Below, one piece after another: positions 38,701-50,164 of a stretch of DNA of 64,000 nt. Positions within the stretch are counted from its first letter, which is position 1. Each line of letters opens with the position of its first letter. The position numbers and the translations under genes were made by a program. The stretch is from an uncultured Gammaproteobacteria bacterium (GTDB lineage: Bacteria > Patescibacteriota > Microgenomatia > Woykebacterales > RBG-16-39-9b): positions 827,239 through 891,238 of the forward strand of contig OZ246414.1 of the NCBI GenBank assembly GCA_965231125.1, given 5' to 3'. The notes beneath the pieces are model-generated. The model searched no databases and was not told the origin of the DNA. It worked only from the letters and a program-made list of their open reading frames with translations.

Positions 38701-41700
38701 AGTCACCCTAAATATTGGAGCCGGAGACGGTATTACTGTTAATGCTGACTCCATACAAGTAAGACTGGATACTACTGCCGCTGATGGAGCAACTACTTCC
38801 TCTGTCTCTGGTATGGAGTTTGTGGGTGGAGAACTATCTCTGATCCGGGGCTGTGCTGCCGGCGGCATCCTTGAATGGGATAATGTCGCCTTTGAGTGGG
38901 ATTGTGGTGTTGATGATACTGGAGGAGGTGGGGCTAATAGTTTCGAAACCATCAATGCCCCAGCTGGGACTGACCCAGTGGCTGACTCTGCTACTGACAC
39001 CCTTAACCTGACCGTGACTGAGGCTAACTTAACCATTACTGGTAACTCTGGAACAGATACTCTTGACTTTGATATATCCGAGGCTACCCTAGCCGGAGCA
39101 GGACTCGCCGCCAACGGTGATGCACTGGACGTAGGGGCTGGAGACGGGATTAGCGTGGCCGCCGACTCGGTAGCTGTAAGGCTAGATACTACTGCAGCCG
39201 ATGGGGCGACTACTTCATCGGTCTCTGGTATGGAGTTTGCGGGAGGTGAATTATCTTTAATTAGAGGCTGTGCCGCTGGTGGAATACTGGAATGGGATAA
39301 CGTAGCCTTTGAGTGGGACTGTGGGGTAGATGACACTGGCGGTGGTGGGGCGAACTCCTTCGAGACCATCAACGCTCCAGCTGGGACTGACCCGGTCGCC
39401 GATTCCGCTACTGACACTCTTAACCTGACCGTGACTGGGGCTAACCTGACCATTACCGGAACTGCGGGTACTGATACCCTTGACTTTGATATATCCGAGG
39501 CAACTCTTGCCGGGGCAGGCCTCACCGCCAACGGGGACGCCCTGGACGTGGGTGCCGGGACCGGAATAACCGTTAACGCTAATGACGTGGCCGTCAACAC
39601 TGGGGCGGCCTTTGCCTGGACTGGTCTCCACTCCTGGACTAACACTCTCACTAATGATAGTAGTAGTCAGGATATTAACCTTACTCTTGGTGCCGACGCG
39701 GATGCCGATATCATTTCCGGCCTTAATATTGACGTCACTTCCGCCGCGACGGGAGACGCCGATCTGCTTTACGGGATAAATATAGGGAACGTGACCTCTG
39801 CTGATGGGACGGTTGTGGAGACTGCCCTGCGTATTGGTGAAGACTGGGAGAACGCGGTGGAAGTAGAAGGGTCAACTAACGACGCCGTCGAGACTTACCT
39901 GGTCTTTACGGATCCGACGGTTTCCGATAAAACGATTACCTTCCCTAACGAGACCGGCACGGTTTGTACCACGGGTAGTGTCTGTTCTGGTTACCAAGCC
40001 TCAGGCTCTTTTGTGCCTACCACGCGAACCTTGACCGCCGGTGACGGACTTTCCGGTGGCGGCGATCTCTCCGCCGACCGTTCCTTTGCGGTTAACACTG
40101 CTTCGGGTATAACCACCTCGGCTGACAACGTGGTTCTGGACCTTACTTACGCGGCCGCCTGGACTGGTCTCCACTCCTGGACTAACACTCTCACTAATGA
40201 TAGTAGTAGTCAGGATATTAACCTTACTCTTGGTGCCGACGCGGATGCCGATATCATTTCCGGCCTTAATATTGACGTCACTTCCGCCGCGACGGGAGAC
40301 GCCGATCTGCTTTACGGGATAAATATAGGGAACGTGACCTCTGCTGATGGGACGGTTGTGGAGACTGCCCTGCGTATTGGTGAAGACTGGGAGAACGCGG
40401 TGGAAGTAGAAGGGTCAACTAACGACGCCGTCGAGACTTACCTGGTCTTTACGGATCCGACGGTTTCCGATAAAACGATTACCATACCCAACCGCTCTGG
40501 TACAGTCTCCCTCTCTGGAGATACCTTTACGGGAGACGTGACTGGTACCTTAAATAGTAGTGGAGCCACTGCTTTAACTGTCGCTAGTGACGCTGTTGCT
40601 CTAACGACTGATACTACTGGTGATTATGTATCCTCAGCTACTGCAAGCGGTGGGCTTACTCTAACTGGCACCGAAGGTGCATCACTAGGTATTGACCTGT
40701 CTAGTGGAGACGGTGCTGGTGGCACATCCAGCGGTTCAGGCCTAGAATTAGACGCCAACGGAGTCGGACTACTACAAGGTTGTGGTATTAACGAGATTCT
40801 TAAATGGAATGATGGTGCTTCCACTTGGGGTTGTGCCACGGATGTCTCCGGTGGTACTCCTTCCCTAGATACTATCAGTGCCGCACTCGCCAATGGAAGT
40901 GCTCAAGATTCTAATGCTTTTACCATTAACTGGAACTGGGATTTTCAAGCTGCCGCCGTTGACTCCGGTCTTAATATCTCGGAATCATCAAATTCGACGC
41001 TCGGCACCCAAGACCAACAGGCCCTGGTTGAGATAACAACCCTTGCCAACTCCACTGCCTCACCTTTGCAAGTCACCGCTGGCGGGACTGCTGCCGGTGA
41101 TGTCTGGTTCGATTTAAGCGGCACTTCAGATTTTGAAATCCGCGATGCTGGGACCGCATTTGCCATTTTCAAAAATGATTCGACTACTGACTGGGTTTTA
41201 CCAGCTGCTGGTGACATTGCGATTGACGCGGCGACGACCGACACCACCACCACCGCTGGCGTTTTGGATCTTAACATTGACGCTGGTAACGCTGCTGTTG
41301 ATGGTATCAATATTGACATGGAAGCCGCGGGTGCTATTACTGCGGGTACTGACATTACAGCTTTGGAAATTCTCCTAACCGCAACTGACACCGATGCTGA
41401 TCTATTTGGTATTACCATAGACACTCATGCTACGGCAGGTATTGCTAGTTCATATGATGCTGGCATTAAGATTAACAATCAAGATGACACCGGCGGATCC
41501 ATGCTAGATGGAATTATTATTACAGCCAATACCGATACCGCTATCACCGACGGTCTTGATGTATCGGATGCGGAAATTGTGAATGCTATTAACATTGGTG
41601 GAAATGCCATTGCCGGAACAAACTTTGCTGTCAGTGCTGCTGGCGCCATCACCGCCGCGACAGGCATCACCTCCTCTGGAACAATCACACTTTCCGGTCT

Positions 41701-43504
41701 TGTCAGCTGTGCTGGAATAAAGACGGACGGCTCTGGTGTCTTGAGTTGTAATGCTGCGGTACCAAAATCCCTGGCTGGTACTTGGACCGAAGTTAATACC
41801 GCTGCTAGCCAAACCGATGGAAATATGGATCGAGTCGTGTCTTCCATCCTTCCTGCTGGCGCCAGTCAGGTTAACTCGATCAGGATGCCGTTTGCTGGTT
41901 CTGTCCGGGGTATTTCGGTATCCCTTTCGGCTGCCAGAAGTGCTGACACATTGACTGTTACTGCTTTCGTAAACGGTGCAAGTGTAGGTTTCACCTGCTT
42001 GATTGACGGAACTAACACTCAACGCAACCAGTGCTCTCAAGCTACCGGGCTTGATACCTTTGTTGCCGGTGATACCCTTGAGGCAAAATATAGCACTGGC
42101 GCAAGCTTTGCACCGACTACAGCAGAAATCGAGGTCGAGCTGTGGGTTGACTGGTCAGGAGCAGATGTCGCCGAGATGTACCAGACGAACGATTTTAGCG
42201 TAGAAGCCGGCCACCTAGTCAGCATTGATCCCCAAATCGCTGTCGGAGTCAAGAAGAGCGAGGGAGCGTATGACAAAAATATCGTTGGCGTGATCTCCAC
42301 CGCCGCCGGCTTGACATTAAACGAAGGACTTAATAGTCCAGGCAATGAGGTAAAAGTGGCTTTGGCAGGCCAGGCGCCGGTTTATGTGACCACCGAGAAC
42401 GGGCCTATTAGCGCGGGCGACTACATTACCTCCTCCTCCATCCCGGGAATTGCCATGAAGGCCACCAAAGCAGGGCCCGTAGTCGGTAGGGCCATGACTA
42501 ACTTTGATGGCGATAGAGTGGGTTGGGTGGTTGTCTTTGTCAGCCCCGGGTACTATAACGGTACAAATTTGGCCGGTCTTTTGCCTGATTTAACTACCGA
42601 ATCTAGCTCGCCCGAAAGTTCGACAAGCTCACCACAAGATTTTGGTAAGCAAATCCTAGGTCAACTGCTTACTCAGAAAGATCAACTTACTACTTCAGTC
42701 AATTTCTCGGAAATATTCACTGACCGTCTTGCTGCTGGTCTTGAGATTATTACTCCAAAAATTACCGCCGAAGAGCTGGCGCTTACTGGTAAATTTACCA
42801 TGGTAGATGAAACTGGAAAAGAGACGGTTAGTGTTGACTCCGCCGGCAACGCCTTCTTTGCCGGCACCATTACGGCGGATAAGATTAAAGCAAACCAAAT
42901 TGAAGGTCTGGAAATTATAACTGATAAAATAACCAGCCTTTCGGATAAGTTAGCCAAAATTAGCAGTGCACCTAGTGAAGTGCTACCTTCGGGAGAGGCA
43001 ACCGAAAGCGCATCTAGTATAACGGCTGTAAGTGCCGATAATTCACAAGATCTGGGTAATATAAATGTAGAGTCTGCTAAGGTGGCTCTAGATATGTCTG
43101 TCTTGGGCAATCTGGAGGCTCAAGGAGGATTAGTTGTTGGTGGCCCAGCGGAGTTTAAAGGTGAGTCAGTATTTGAGAAGCTGGCCACATTTGTCGGCAA
43201 CGTAATCTTCCGCGGTGACGTCCAGTTTCTGGGACGGCCAACCTTTAATAAAGACACAGCCGGAACTGCAGTGGTAAAGGCTGGTGATACAGAAGTTGAA
43301 GTCCAATTTGAGCGGGAGTATGAAAACCCACCAGTCGTTACTGCCAGCTTAAACCTATCAGAGGATACCGCAAGTCAAGTACTTACCAGTGCACCCTCTT
43401 ATGGAGTAATATCGGCAACAACTAAAGGATTCAAAATACGTCTTGCTGCTGCGGCGACAAGTGACCTGCAGTTTTCTTGGATGGCAATCTCTGTAAAGCA
43501 GTGA
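35759..43504 (+). CDS. Giant surface fibre-like protein: two MerR-type HTHs, TM, G/T/A/D-rich repeats, C-proximal chaperone/autocleavage-like domain
   Basis: IGEAADFLGVSIDTLRRW and ISEAAARLGISPTTLRR; TM near aa 200-222; ADVAEMY...GDYITSSSIPGIAMKA. Confidence 0.88.
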   Translation: MPTSLPKENKLVPIGEAADFLGVSIDTLRRWDRSGKLHSHRPDSKNRHFYFNELEQIKFSQPFSISEAAARLGISPTTLRRLEKKGLVTPERNKNSERLYSHESLEKLTNSPQLLRHNPPEEKIIRPLENTAVLLSKQPSKSKIKPEALVDTIVETREKVLENWERVLEEKEKVIELEEKEFETRKNLNAINRAKSRLLRSLASIVLLLIITISAITTAYLISPESTAKFFGYYNPRSFQNQSSKPATSLVGQRSGEILGIHYPTNLPATSNPLSDLLKPLSNVSLAIVYLVNRETYNKVVPAKVLADVNEAFTIDEGGNLAPLYTIRLPESSYLEVPDKGLISNLNADYLRGKVPGNEEGNLVIFGEGGSVANLKVDETNLKNGSVKGGPGGVIADNTITANDLAPGISLGGGGSGDVTGVIAGDGLIGGGSSGSVTLNIEVGNGLQVSADQLNLDVNTTGTTSTTFANSGLETSSNGLSLLKGCADNQILKWDAGAVRWQCEADSGGGGGGSIDIEEGDATITSGAGFLDFLASDFNVSDSPAGEANVSIDYANSDITRNDVAETITGGWTFNTIPTTFTTAIDVNSASTIAGLTVDGSGTFTANNAATFLGNITANDASADTILIGQNGATDDTVTIAGNISLTDDQWSISATGVASGLSGTNTSLTAGDLSCANCIGGTEIDESTFGALTATSLTSTGTLDVSGVATFTGNITANDASADTILIGQSGATDDTVTIAGNISLTDDQWSISATGAASGLSGTNTGLTAGDLSCTNCIGPTEISDLTLTADTTGDYVATITAGGGLTGDASGEGSTPTLAVGTGSGITVNADDVAVNQNFSFAWTADHTWTLAGAEDLAISHDGTGGAVDIVNISATPSSSAGAMNGLVITQANSANTNPLDAGLRINNADTNLAIPAAIQIANTGGGGYTTIIDNAGTLISGTELNVLDSGIDESEVTGDIEAVTAGSGLTGGGAADSVTLNIGAGDGITVNADSIQVRLDTTAADGATTSSVSGMEFVGGELSLIRGCAAGGILEWDNVAFEWDCGVDDTGGGGANSFETINAPAGTDPVADSATDTLNLTVTEANLTITGNSGTDTLDFDISEATLAGAGLAANGDALDVGAGDGISVAADSVAVRLDTTAADGATTSSVSGMEFAGGELSLIRGCAAGGILEWDNVAFEWDCGVDDTGGGGANSFETINAPAGTDPVADSATDTLNLTVTGANLTITGTAGTDTLDFDISEATLAGAGLTANGDALDVGAGTGITVNANDVAVNTGAAFAWTGLHSWTNTLTNDSSSQDINLTLGADADADIISGLNIDVTSAATGDADLLYGINIGNVTSADGTVVETALRIGEDWENAVEVEGSTNDAVETYLVFTDPTVSDKTITFPNETGTVCTTGSVCSGYQASGSFVPTTRTLTAGDGLSGGGDLSADRSFAVNTASGITTSADNVVLDLTYAAAWTGLHSWTNTLTNDSSSQDINLTLGADADADIISGLNIDVTSAATGDADLLYGINIGNVTSADGTVVETALRIGEDWENAVEVEGSTNDAVETYLVFTDPTVSDKTITIPNRSGTVSLSGDTFTGDVTGTLNSSGATALTVASDAVALTTDTTGDYVSSATASGGLTLTGTEGASLGIDLSSGDGAGGTSSGSGLELDANGVGLLQGCGINEILKWNDGASTWGCATDVSGGTPSLDTISAALANGSAQDSNAFTINWNWDFQAAAVDSGLNISESSNSTLGTQDQQALVEITTLANSTASPLQVTAGGTAAGDVWFDLSGTSDFEIRDAGTAFAIFKNDSTTDWVLPAAGDIAIDAATTDTTTTAGVLDLNIDAGNAAVDGINIDMEAAGAITAGTDITALEILLTATDTDADLFGITIDTHATAGIASSYDAGIKINNQDDTGGSMLDGIIITANTDTAITDGLDVSDAEIVNAINIGGNAIAGTNFAVSAAGAITAATGITSSGTITLSGLVSCAGIKTDGSGVLSCNAAVPKSLAGTWTEVNTAASQTDGNMDRVVSSILPAGASQVNSIRMPFAGSVRGISVSLSAARSADTLTVTAFVNGASVGFTCLIDGTNTQRNQCSQATGLDTFVAGDTLEAKYSTGASFAPTTAEIEVELWVDWSGADVAEMYQTNDFSVEAGHLVSIDPQIAVGVKKSEGAYDKNIVGVISTAAGLTLNEGLNSPGNEVKVALAGQAPVYVTTENGPISAGDYITSSSIPGIAMKATKAGPVVGRAMTNFDGDRVGWVVVFVSPGYYNGTNLAGLLPDLTTESSSPESSTSSPQDFGKQILGQLLTQKDQLTTSVNFSEIFTDRLAAGLEIITPKITAEELALTGKFTMVDETGKETVSVDSAGNAFFAGTITADKIKANQIEGLEIITDKITSLSDKLAKISSAPSEVLPSGEATESASSITAVSADNSQDLGNINVESAKVALDMSVLGNLEAQGGLVVGGPAEFKGESVFEKLATFVGNVIFRGDVQFLGRPTFNKDTAGTAVVKAGDTEVEVQFEREYENPPVVTASLNLSEDTASQVLTSAPSYGVISATTKGFKIRLAAAATSDLQFSWMAISVKQ
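38717..39550 (+). repeat. Tandem 417-bp (139-aa) intragenic repeat with mostly silent divergence
   Basis: GAGDGI...RLDTTAADG...GDALDV occurs twice. Confidence 0.85.
39614..40483 (+). repeat. 327-bp apparently identical direct repeat (39614-39940 and 40157-40483)
   Basis: AWTGLHSWT...DKTIT occurs twice; no nucleotide differences seen by eye. Confidence 0.85.
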
Positions 43505-43525
43505 TCAAGCTATTAGCCTGCCTAC

Positions 43526-43553
43526 ACCTATGCAAAGCTTAACCAATGCATAT
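43526..43553. promoter_or_regulatory. Second dyad site TATGCA-N12-TGCATA
   Basis: Just after giant gene 1 stop and upstream of TTGACA-17-TAAGAT (43570-43598). Confidence 0.65.
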
Positions 43554-43604
43554 GGACGCCTTTGTGCTATTGACAAACAAGAAAGCGACAAGTAAGATTT
43601 ATTA

Positions 43605-44042
43605 ATGACCATCCTTACCTGGATAAAACCTTTCTTAAATCTCAAGATCCTTATAATTATTATCTTAATAATCGCTGGTGTCGGTGGGACAGGCTATTTT
43701 TACACAAATTACCAAAAATCACAATCAGAACTTCAGCGGTTTAGGAACGATCCTAAGGAGTTAGTAAAGGAAGAAAACAAACGGTTAATAGAAACTGTAG
43801 GTAAGCTTGTTGAACTACCAAAAGGTGAGGATCCAATCATAGCTACGGTTAACGATATACGCAAACTTAAAGGTCAGCCCTTTTTCATTAAAGCCCTGAA
43901 CGGAGATAAGGTTTTGATCTATACTAAGGCCAAGGAAGCTATTCTTTACCGTCCAAGTACTAACAAAATCATTGAGATAGCGCCGGTTAATCTTGGAGAA
44001 GGTAAATCTAAGTCTGCAACAAGCTCCGCAACAAAACCATAA
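43605..44042 (+). CDS. Small single-TM hypothetical protein
   Basis: N-terminal TM, own leaderless promoter. Confidence 0.75.
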   Translation: MTILTWIKPFLNLKILIIIILIIAGVGGTGYFYTNYQKSQSELQRFRNDPKELVKEENKRLIETVGKLVELPKGEDPIIATVNDIRKLKGQPFFIKALNGDKVLIYTKAKEAILYRPSTNKIIEIAPVNLGEGKSKSATSSATKP

Positions 44043-44066
44043 TCTAGACAGAAACGCGCGAACTTC

Positions 44067-44345
44067 CTAGACCCCTAGGAAAACTCTCACAACATTACCG
44101 CTTACTTCCAAAATACCTCCGCCGAAGTTATAAGTAAACTTATTGCCAGATTCTGGTGTAATTGAGATTTTATTTTTTATCAAACTGATTAAATTCGCGT
44201 GCATCGGCAAGACATCCAAAGCCCCCAGATCGTTTTCCGTGCTAACAGAAAAAGCTCTTCCGTGAAAATCCGGATCTTTACTGAAAGAATGCCACATGAT
44301 GTGAATTTCCAGTTGATTTTTGCTACCTAAAGATGGGTTAGACAT
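44067..44345 (-). CDS. atpC: F1 epsilon-like subunit, beta-sandwich only
   Basis: GALDVLPMHANLIS, GGILEVSGN; lacks the C-terminal helices. Confidence 0.8.
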   Translation of the reverse strand: MSNPSLGSKNQLEIHIMWHSFSKDPDFHGRAFSVSTENDLGALDVLPMHANLISLIKNKISITPESGNKFTYNFGGGILEVSGNVVRVFLGV

Positions 44346-44366
44346 CGTAGAACTGGTTTGAATATG

Positions 44367-46605
<2,239 letters not shown>

Positions 46606-46648
46606 GCTGGCAAAAACTCAAATTTTAAAACTAAAATTTCAAATTAGT

Positions 46649-48181
46649 TTAAATAGTTGAACTTTGGATTTTGACATTTGGATTTTCAATAGCAACACCA
46701 TCTTTCCGCGGAGGGCTCGAGTAAAGTGCATTTTCGATATTACCTTGTATCTGACCAACCAGGTATTTTAGGTTCTCCAAATTTGAGGCCTCTAAAACTT
46801 TGGAAACTACATCCCCCAGCATAGAGTTGTTGTAAGCCTTGACTATTTTTTCCCTTTCAACGCGAACTTGCTCGATGGGTTTGGAAACCCAAAAATCATT
46901 TAAAAGTAGGCCAAAAATCACTAGGGCAAGCGGTTTAGGAATTAAGGTGTCGCTTTCCTGATAAAAAATAGCTTCCAATCTCTCCCCTATGTTCAGATCG
47001 GAACGTGTCTGCAAGGGCAGGTCAAAACCAAAATGAGCTATTTCAAGGGCCTTACGATAGCGACTAAGCTTGTCAGCCAGAGTTTTTCTAATTTCTTTCT
47101 CTAGCAGAGTTTGAGTCTGATTGCCAACTCTTGTAACTGACAAAGGAGTGTTTATTGCCGGCCGGTGCCCCTTTTTAAACTCATCATGATCAAAAAACAG
47201 GTGACCGTCTGTCATAGCCATGACATTCGTCGGCAAAAATCCAGTCAGATCCCCTTGCACAGTCTCAATAATTGGGAAGGCAGTTATACTTTTGGAACGA
47301 TGGTCCTTTTTGAAATTACCAGCTCTCTCAATAAGCTTGGCATGAACATTAAATATATCTCCAGGATAAGACTCTCTAGACGGCATCCTTTTTGAAATAA
47401 GCGATATTTCTCGGTAAAATTTAGCGTGGGTTGTTAAATCATCGAGAATAATTACCACTTCGTTTCCCTGATCTCGGAAAAACTCGGCAACTGTAAACCC
47501 CGTAAAGGGCGCAAGAAAAACCAGTGAAGCTGGGTCGGCCGAGCTGGTAAAAATTATGACGCTTCGTTTCATCACGCCCATTTTTCTAAAATAGTCTTCA
47601 ACAAACTTAACATCAGTCTTTTTCTTACCGATTGCTACATAGATACAAATCGCTCCTTTTAGAACTTGAGAGGTGGCCGTTTGTAACAAAAAAGTAGTTC
47701 TTCCTGTTTTCTGATCTCCGATTACAAGCTCCCTTTGACCTTTACCCAAAGGTATTAAGAAATCTACTAAGCTGACGCCAGATTCTAATTGCTCATTTAC
47801 CCTAACTCTTTCCCTTATACCTGGAGCGTCTCGATGCAACGGAAGTGAAACCTTATACCCACCGACAGGAGGAAGACCATCTACCGGCTCCAGGAACGGG
47901 TCTACAACTCTACCTAAAAGCTCGGTGGAAACCGGTACTTTAACAATATCGTTCGTTCTAGTTACTCTAGTGCCTGGTATAATTCTTTTTGATGACAGTA
48001 TTAAAATCTCAATAAGATCTTTCTCGATATCTTGAACCAGGCCCTTTTCTCCATCTTCCGTTATAACTAATTCATTCGGACGAGCCTTAGGCAGTCCCGA
48101 AACATAAATTACGGATTGAAATATAGATTCAACTTGACCAATTTCACCAGATTCTTGCAAATATTCATCAAAACTTTTCAT
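46649..48181 (-). CDS. atpA: F1 alpha-like subunit
   Basis: PLGKGQRELVIGD, RESYPGDIF, TDGHLF; start MKSFDE at 48181. Confidence 0.93.
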   Translation of the reverse strand: MKSFDEYLQESGEIGQVESIFQSVIYVSGLPKARPNELVITEDGEKGLVQDIEKDLIEILILSSKRIIPGTRVTRTNDIVKVPVSTELLGRVVDPFLEPVDGLPPVGGYKVSLPLHRDAPGIRERVRVNEQLESGVSLVDFLIPLGKGQRELVIGDQKTGRTTFLLQTATSQVLKGAICIYVAIGKKKTDVKFVEDYFRKMGVMKRSVIIFTSSADPASLVFLAPFTGFTVAEFFRDQGNEVVIILDDLTTHAKFYREISLISKRMPSRESYPGDIFNVHAKLIERAGNFKKDHRSKSITAFPIIETVQGDLTGFLPTNVMAMTDGHLFFDHDEFKKGHRPAINTPLSVTRVGNQTQTLLEKEIRKTLADKLSRYRKALEIAHFGFDLPLQTRSDLNIGERLEAIFYQESDTLIPKPLALVIFGLLLNDFWVSKPIEQVRVEREKIVKAYNNSMLGDVVSKVLEASNLENLKYLVGQIQGNIENALYSSPPRKDGVAIENPNVKIQSSTI

Positions 48182-48638
48182 GGGCAAACCTTTCTTTAAG
48201 CGCTTCCTGAAGTTTGGTTGCGTAAGAATAATCCTTATATTTGCCTTGATAATCAATGGTAAGTCCGGCCACCAAAGAAGGCTTGACAAAAATGTCCAGC
48301 ACAATTTTATGATCCGCGCCAGCGTTTATAAATTCTGAAATCTCGTTGAGTAATTCCCTCCCTGGTCTAAAAGCCAGCCCAAGGCTAGCTTTAGGTAGCT
48401 TTAATAAATACTCCTTCAAGCCTGTGAGATACTCGAGACGCTTTTCTTTTGATCTGGGCATATATTCCTCAATCTCTTTAAGAAAGCCAGTCTCTAAATC
48501 ACTTTCCACTTCCTTATTCAAACCAGCCTTATTTATCTCGTAATACCGCGTCTCCAACTCGCTTATATCATCCAATAACTGGTATAAGTCTTCGGTAGTT
48601 ATGATTTCTTGGGCAATCTTTTCGTAATCTTTTTCCAT
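48168..48638 (-). CDS. atpH: F1 delta-like subunit
   Basis: C-terminal VKPSLVAGLTIDYQGKYKDYS resembles the delta C-domain; position before alpha. Confidence 0.7.
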   Translation of the reverse strand: MEKDYEKIAQEIITTEDLYQLLDDISELETRYYEINKAGLNKEVESDLETGFLKEIEEYMPRSKEKRLEYLTGLKEYLLKLPKASLGLAFRPGRELLNEISEFINAGADHKIVLDIFVKPSLVAGLTIDYQGKYKDYSYATKLQEALKERFAHEKF

Positions 48639-48649
48639 AGTTCTTATTT

Positions 48650-49324
48650 TCAGAACATTTGTTCGGCTTTGGCTTTTTCTAAAGCTTTCATAACTAATTC
48701 TTGGTGCTTAGCTAAATCGATAGAGGCGCCAAGCGTTTCGGAAGCAACTTGGGAAATCACTGAAAATGTTTTTTCAGAAAGTGTTTGCTCTATTTCGCTC
48801 TTTCGCAAACGTAACTCCTCCATCAGTTTGTTTTTCTCCTGATCTGGAAACTTGACTATCTCCTCACTAAGCTGCCTCATAAGATATTGCACAGAAGACT
48901 TCGCTTGATCCGCTATCTTAATGTACTCGGAGTTCTGAAGACCCTTCATTTCCTCCAAGCTAATTTTATAAGAATTCGTTATGTCTTTTATTACATTTTG
49001 AAATACTTCGAGCTCTTTTGATATTGTTTCGTAAACTAATTTCTTTGCTTGTTCGTCCAGCTCGGCTCTTGTGTGATTGGCCATATCTTCAACGCCTTCC
49101 AAATCTTTAAGAGTTTCTTTTACAGAAGATTCCGACTCGCTCAACGCAGTTTCTAATATCTTCTTTTCCTTATCGGTTGCTTGGGAGCGTATATCTTGGA
49201 GGGATTTAAAAAACCATTTGGCGTCAAAAAGCTTTATTTGATTCTGATAGAAGATGAATATGGCAACCAATACGATTAGGTTTGTTATTAAAGAAGCTAT
49301 TAACAAAATTTGACTAGTTTCCAT
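48650..49324 (-). CDS. Fo b-like peripheral stalk protein
   Basis: N-terminal TM, long coiled coil, C-terminal VASETLGASIDLAKHQELV like the b subunit. Confidence 0.65.
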   Translation of the reverse strand: METSQILLIASLITNLIVLVAIFIFYQNQIKLFDAKWFFKSLQDIRSQATDKEKKILETALSESESSVKETLKDLEGVEDMANHTRAELDEQAKKLVYETISKELEVFQNVIKDITNSYKISLEEMKGLQNSEYIKIADQAKSSVQYLMRQLSEEIVKFPDQEKNKLMEELRLRKSEIEQTLSEKTFSVISQVASETLGASIDLAKHQELVMKALEKAKAEQMF

Positions 49325-49336
49325 AAGCTTTTTGTA

Positions 49337-50161
49337 TTAGTAAAAAATTATGACCAGCGAAAGTCCTAGTCCAGCAACGGCCAAAAACACAATTGCTCCG
49401 AGATTCAAGAACATACTTGAAAAGATTGTTCCTTTAGCCAATGGGTTTCGACCTATGGCAACAATACTTGTGCGCAGCGCCCGAGCGGCAAAAATAAAAC
49501 CTAAGATAAAAGAAGCGCTCCCCACTACAAATGCGAAGAGATAGCGTATAAAAAACTCGAGTCCGCGCGGCTGCGAAAGAGTCTCTGAGGTTACCGCTGT
49601 AATTTTATCAAGTACATTTTTTAAATTTGCCGCGCCAATCCTATTTTGGTACTGAATATTAATGAAAACCGGTATGGTACCTACCCCTTCACCACTGTAA
49701 GAAGCTGATGCTTTACCAATAACCATACCTTCATGGGTTGCCTTTTCCCCAACCCCAGCTTGGTCCGACGAAGTTATGAAATCCCCAACCTCAATATTTC
49801 CGGCTGCTGCCGAAACCCTCACTTCGGCTTCCCCTTGAGAAATAACTGGTACAGTAGTTTTTGTTTGAACATTAAGTACTGCCGCTGGGTCCTGGACCGC
49901 TACGCCAAATATGTTTTGGTCGTACTCACCGGTAGATCTAACTATTTTGCTGTCGGTTGTTAAAGATAGTATATCCCCGGGTTGGATATTTTTGTCATCG
50001 ACTTCAAAGTTTTTAGCAATTTGCCCACCGGTTAAAACTTGCGCGAAAACAAAAGAATGGTTAAGACGCAGGGACGCGACCAGAACAAGACTTATTAGAC
50101 TAACAAACTTGACTCCACTAGTTAATTCAGGCAGGTTATTTAGCTTCAATCGGGCAAACAT
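49337..50161 (-). CDS. Fusion: signal/TM + giant-protein-like domain + c-subunit-like hairpin without carboxylate
   Basis: AIGRNPLAK loop between two TMs; N-domain GDFITSSDQAGVGEKAT..G.VIGKA matches both giant proteins. Confidence 0.7.
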   Translation of the reverse strand: MFARLKLNNLPELTSGVKFVSLISLVLVASLRLNHSFVFAQVLTGGQIAKNFEVDDKNIQPGDILSLTTDSKIVRSTGEYDQNIFGVAVQDPAAVLNVQTKTTVPVISQGEAEVRVSAAAGNIEVGDFITSSDQAGVGEKATHEGMVIGKASASYSGEGVGTIPVFINIQYQNRIGAANLKNVLDKITAVTSETLSQPRGLEFFIRYLFAFVVGSASFILGFIFAARALRTSIVAIGRNPLAKGTIFSSMFLNLGAIVFLAVAGLGLSLVIIFY

Positions 50162-50164
50162 TGC

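Noticed and set aside
38551-39651. 366-aa antisense ORF and other shadow ORFs in the giant genes, rplL, lysA and mreB
   Set aside because: Expected from codon bias of the sense gene; no independent motifs or initiation signals.
39614-40483. Diversity-generating retroelement TR/VR pair
   Set aside because: Copies appear identical with no adenine-specific mismatches, both are in frame, and no reverse transcriptase is present.
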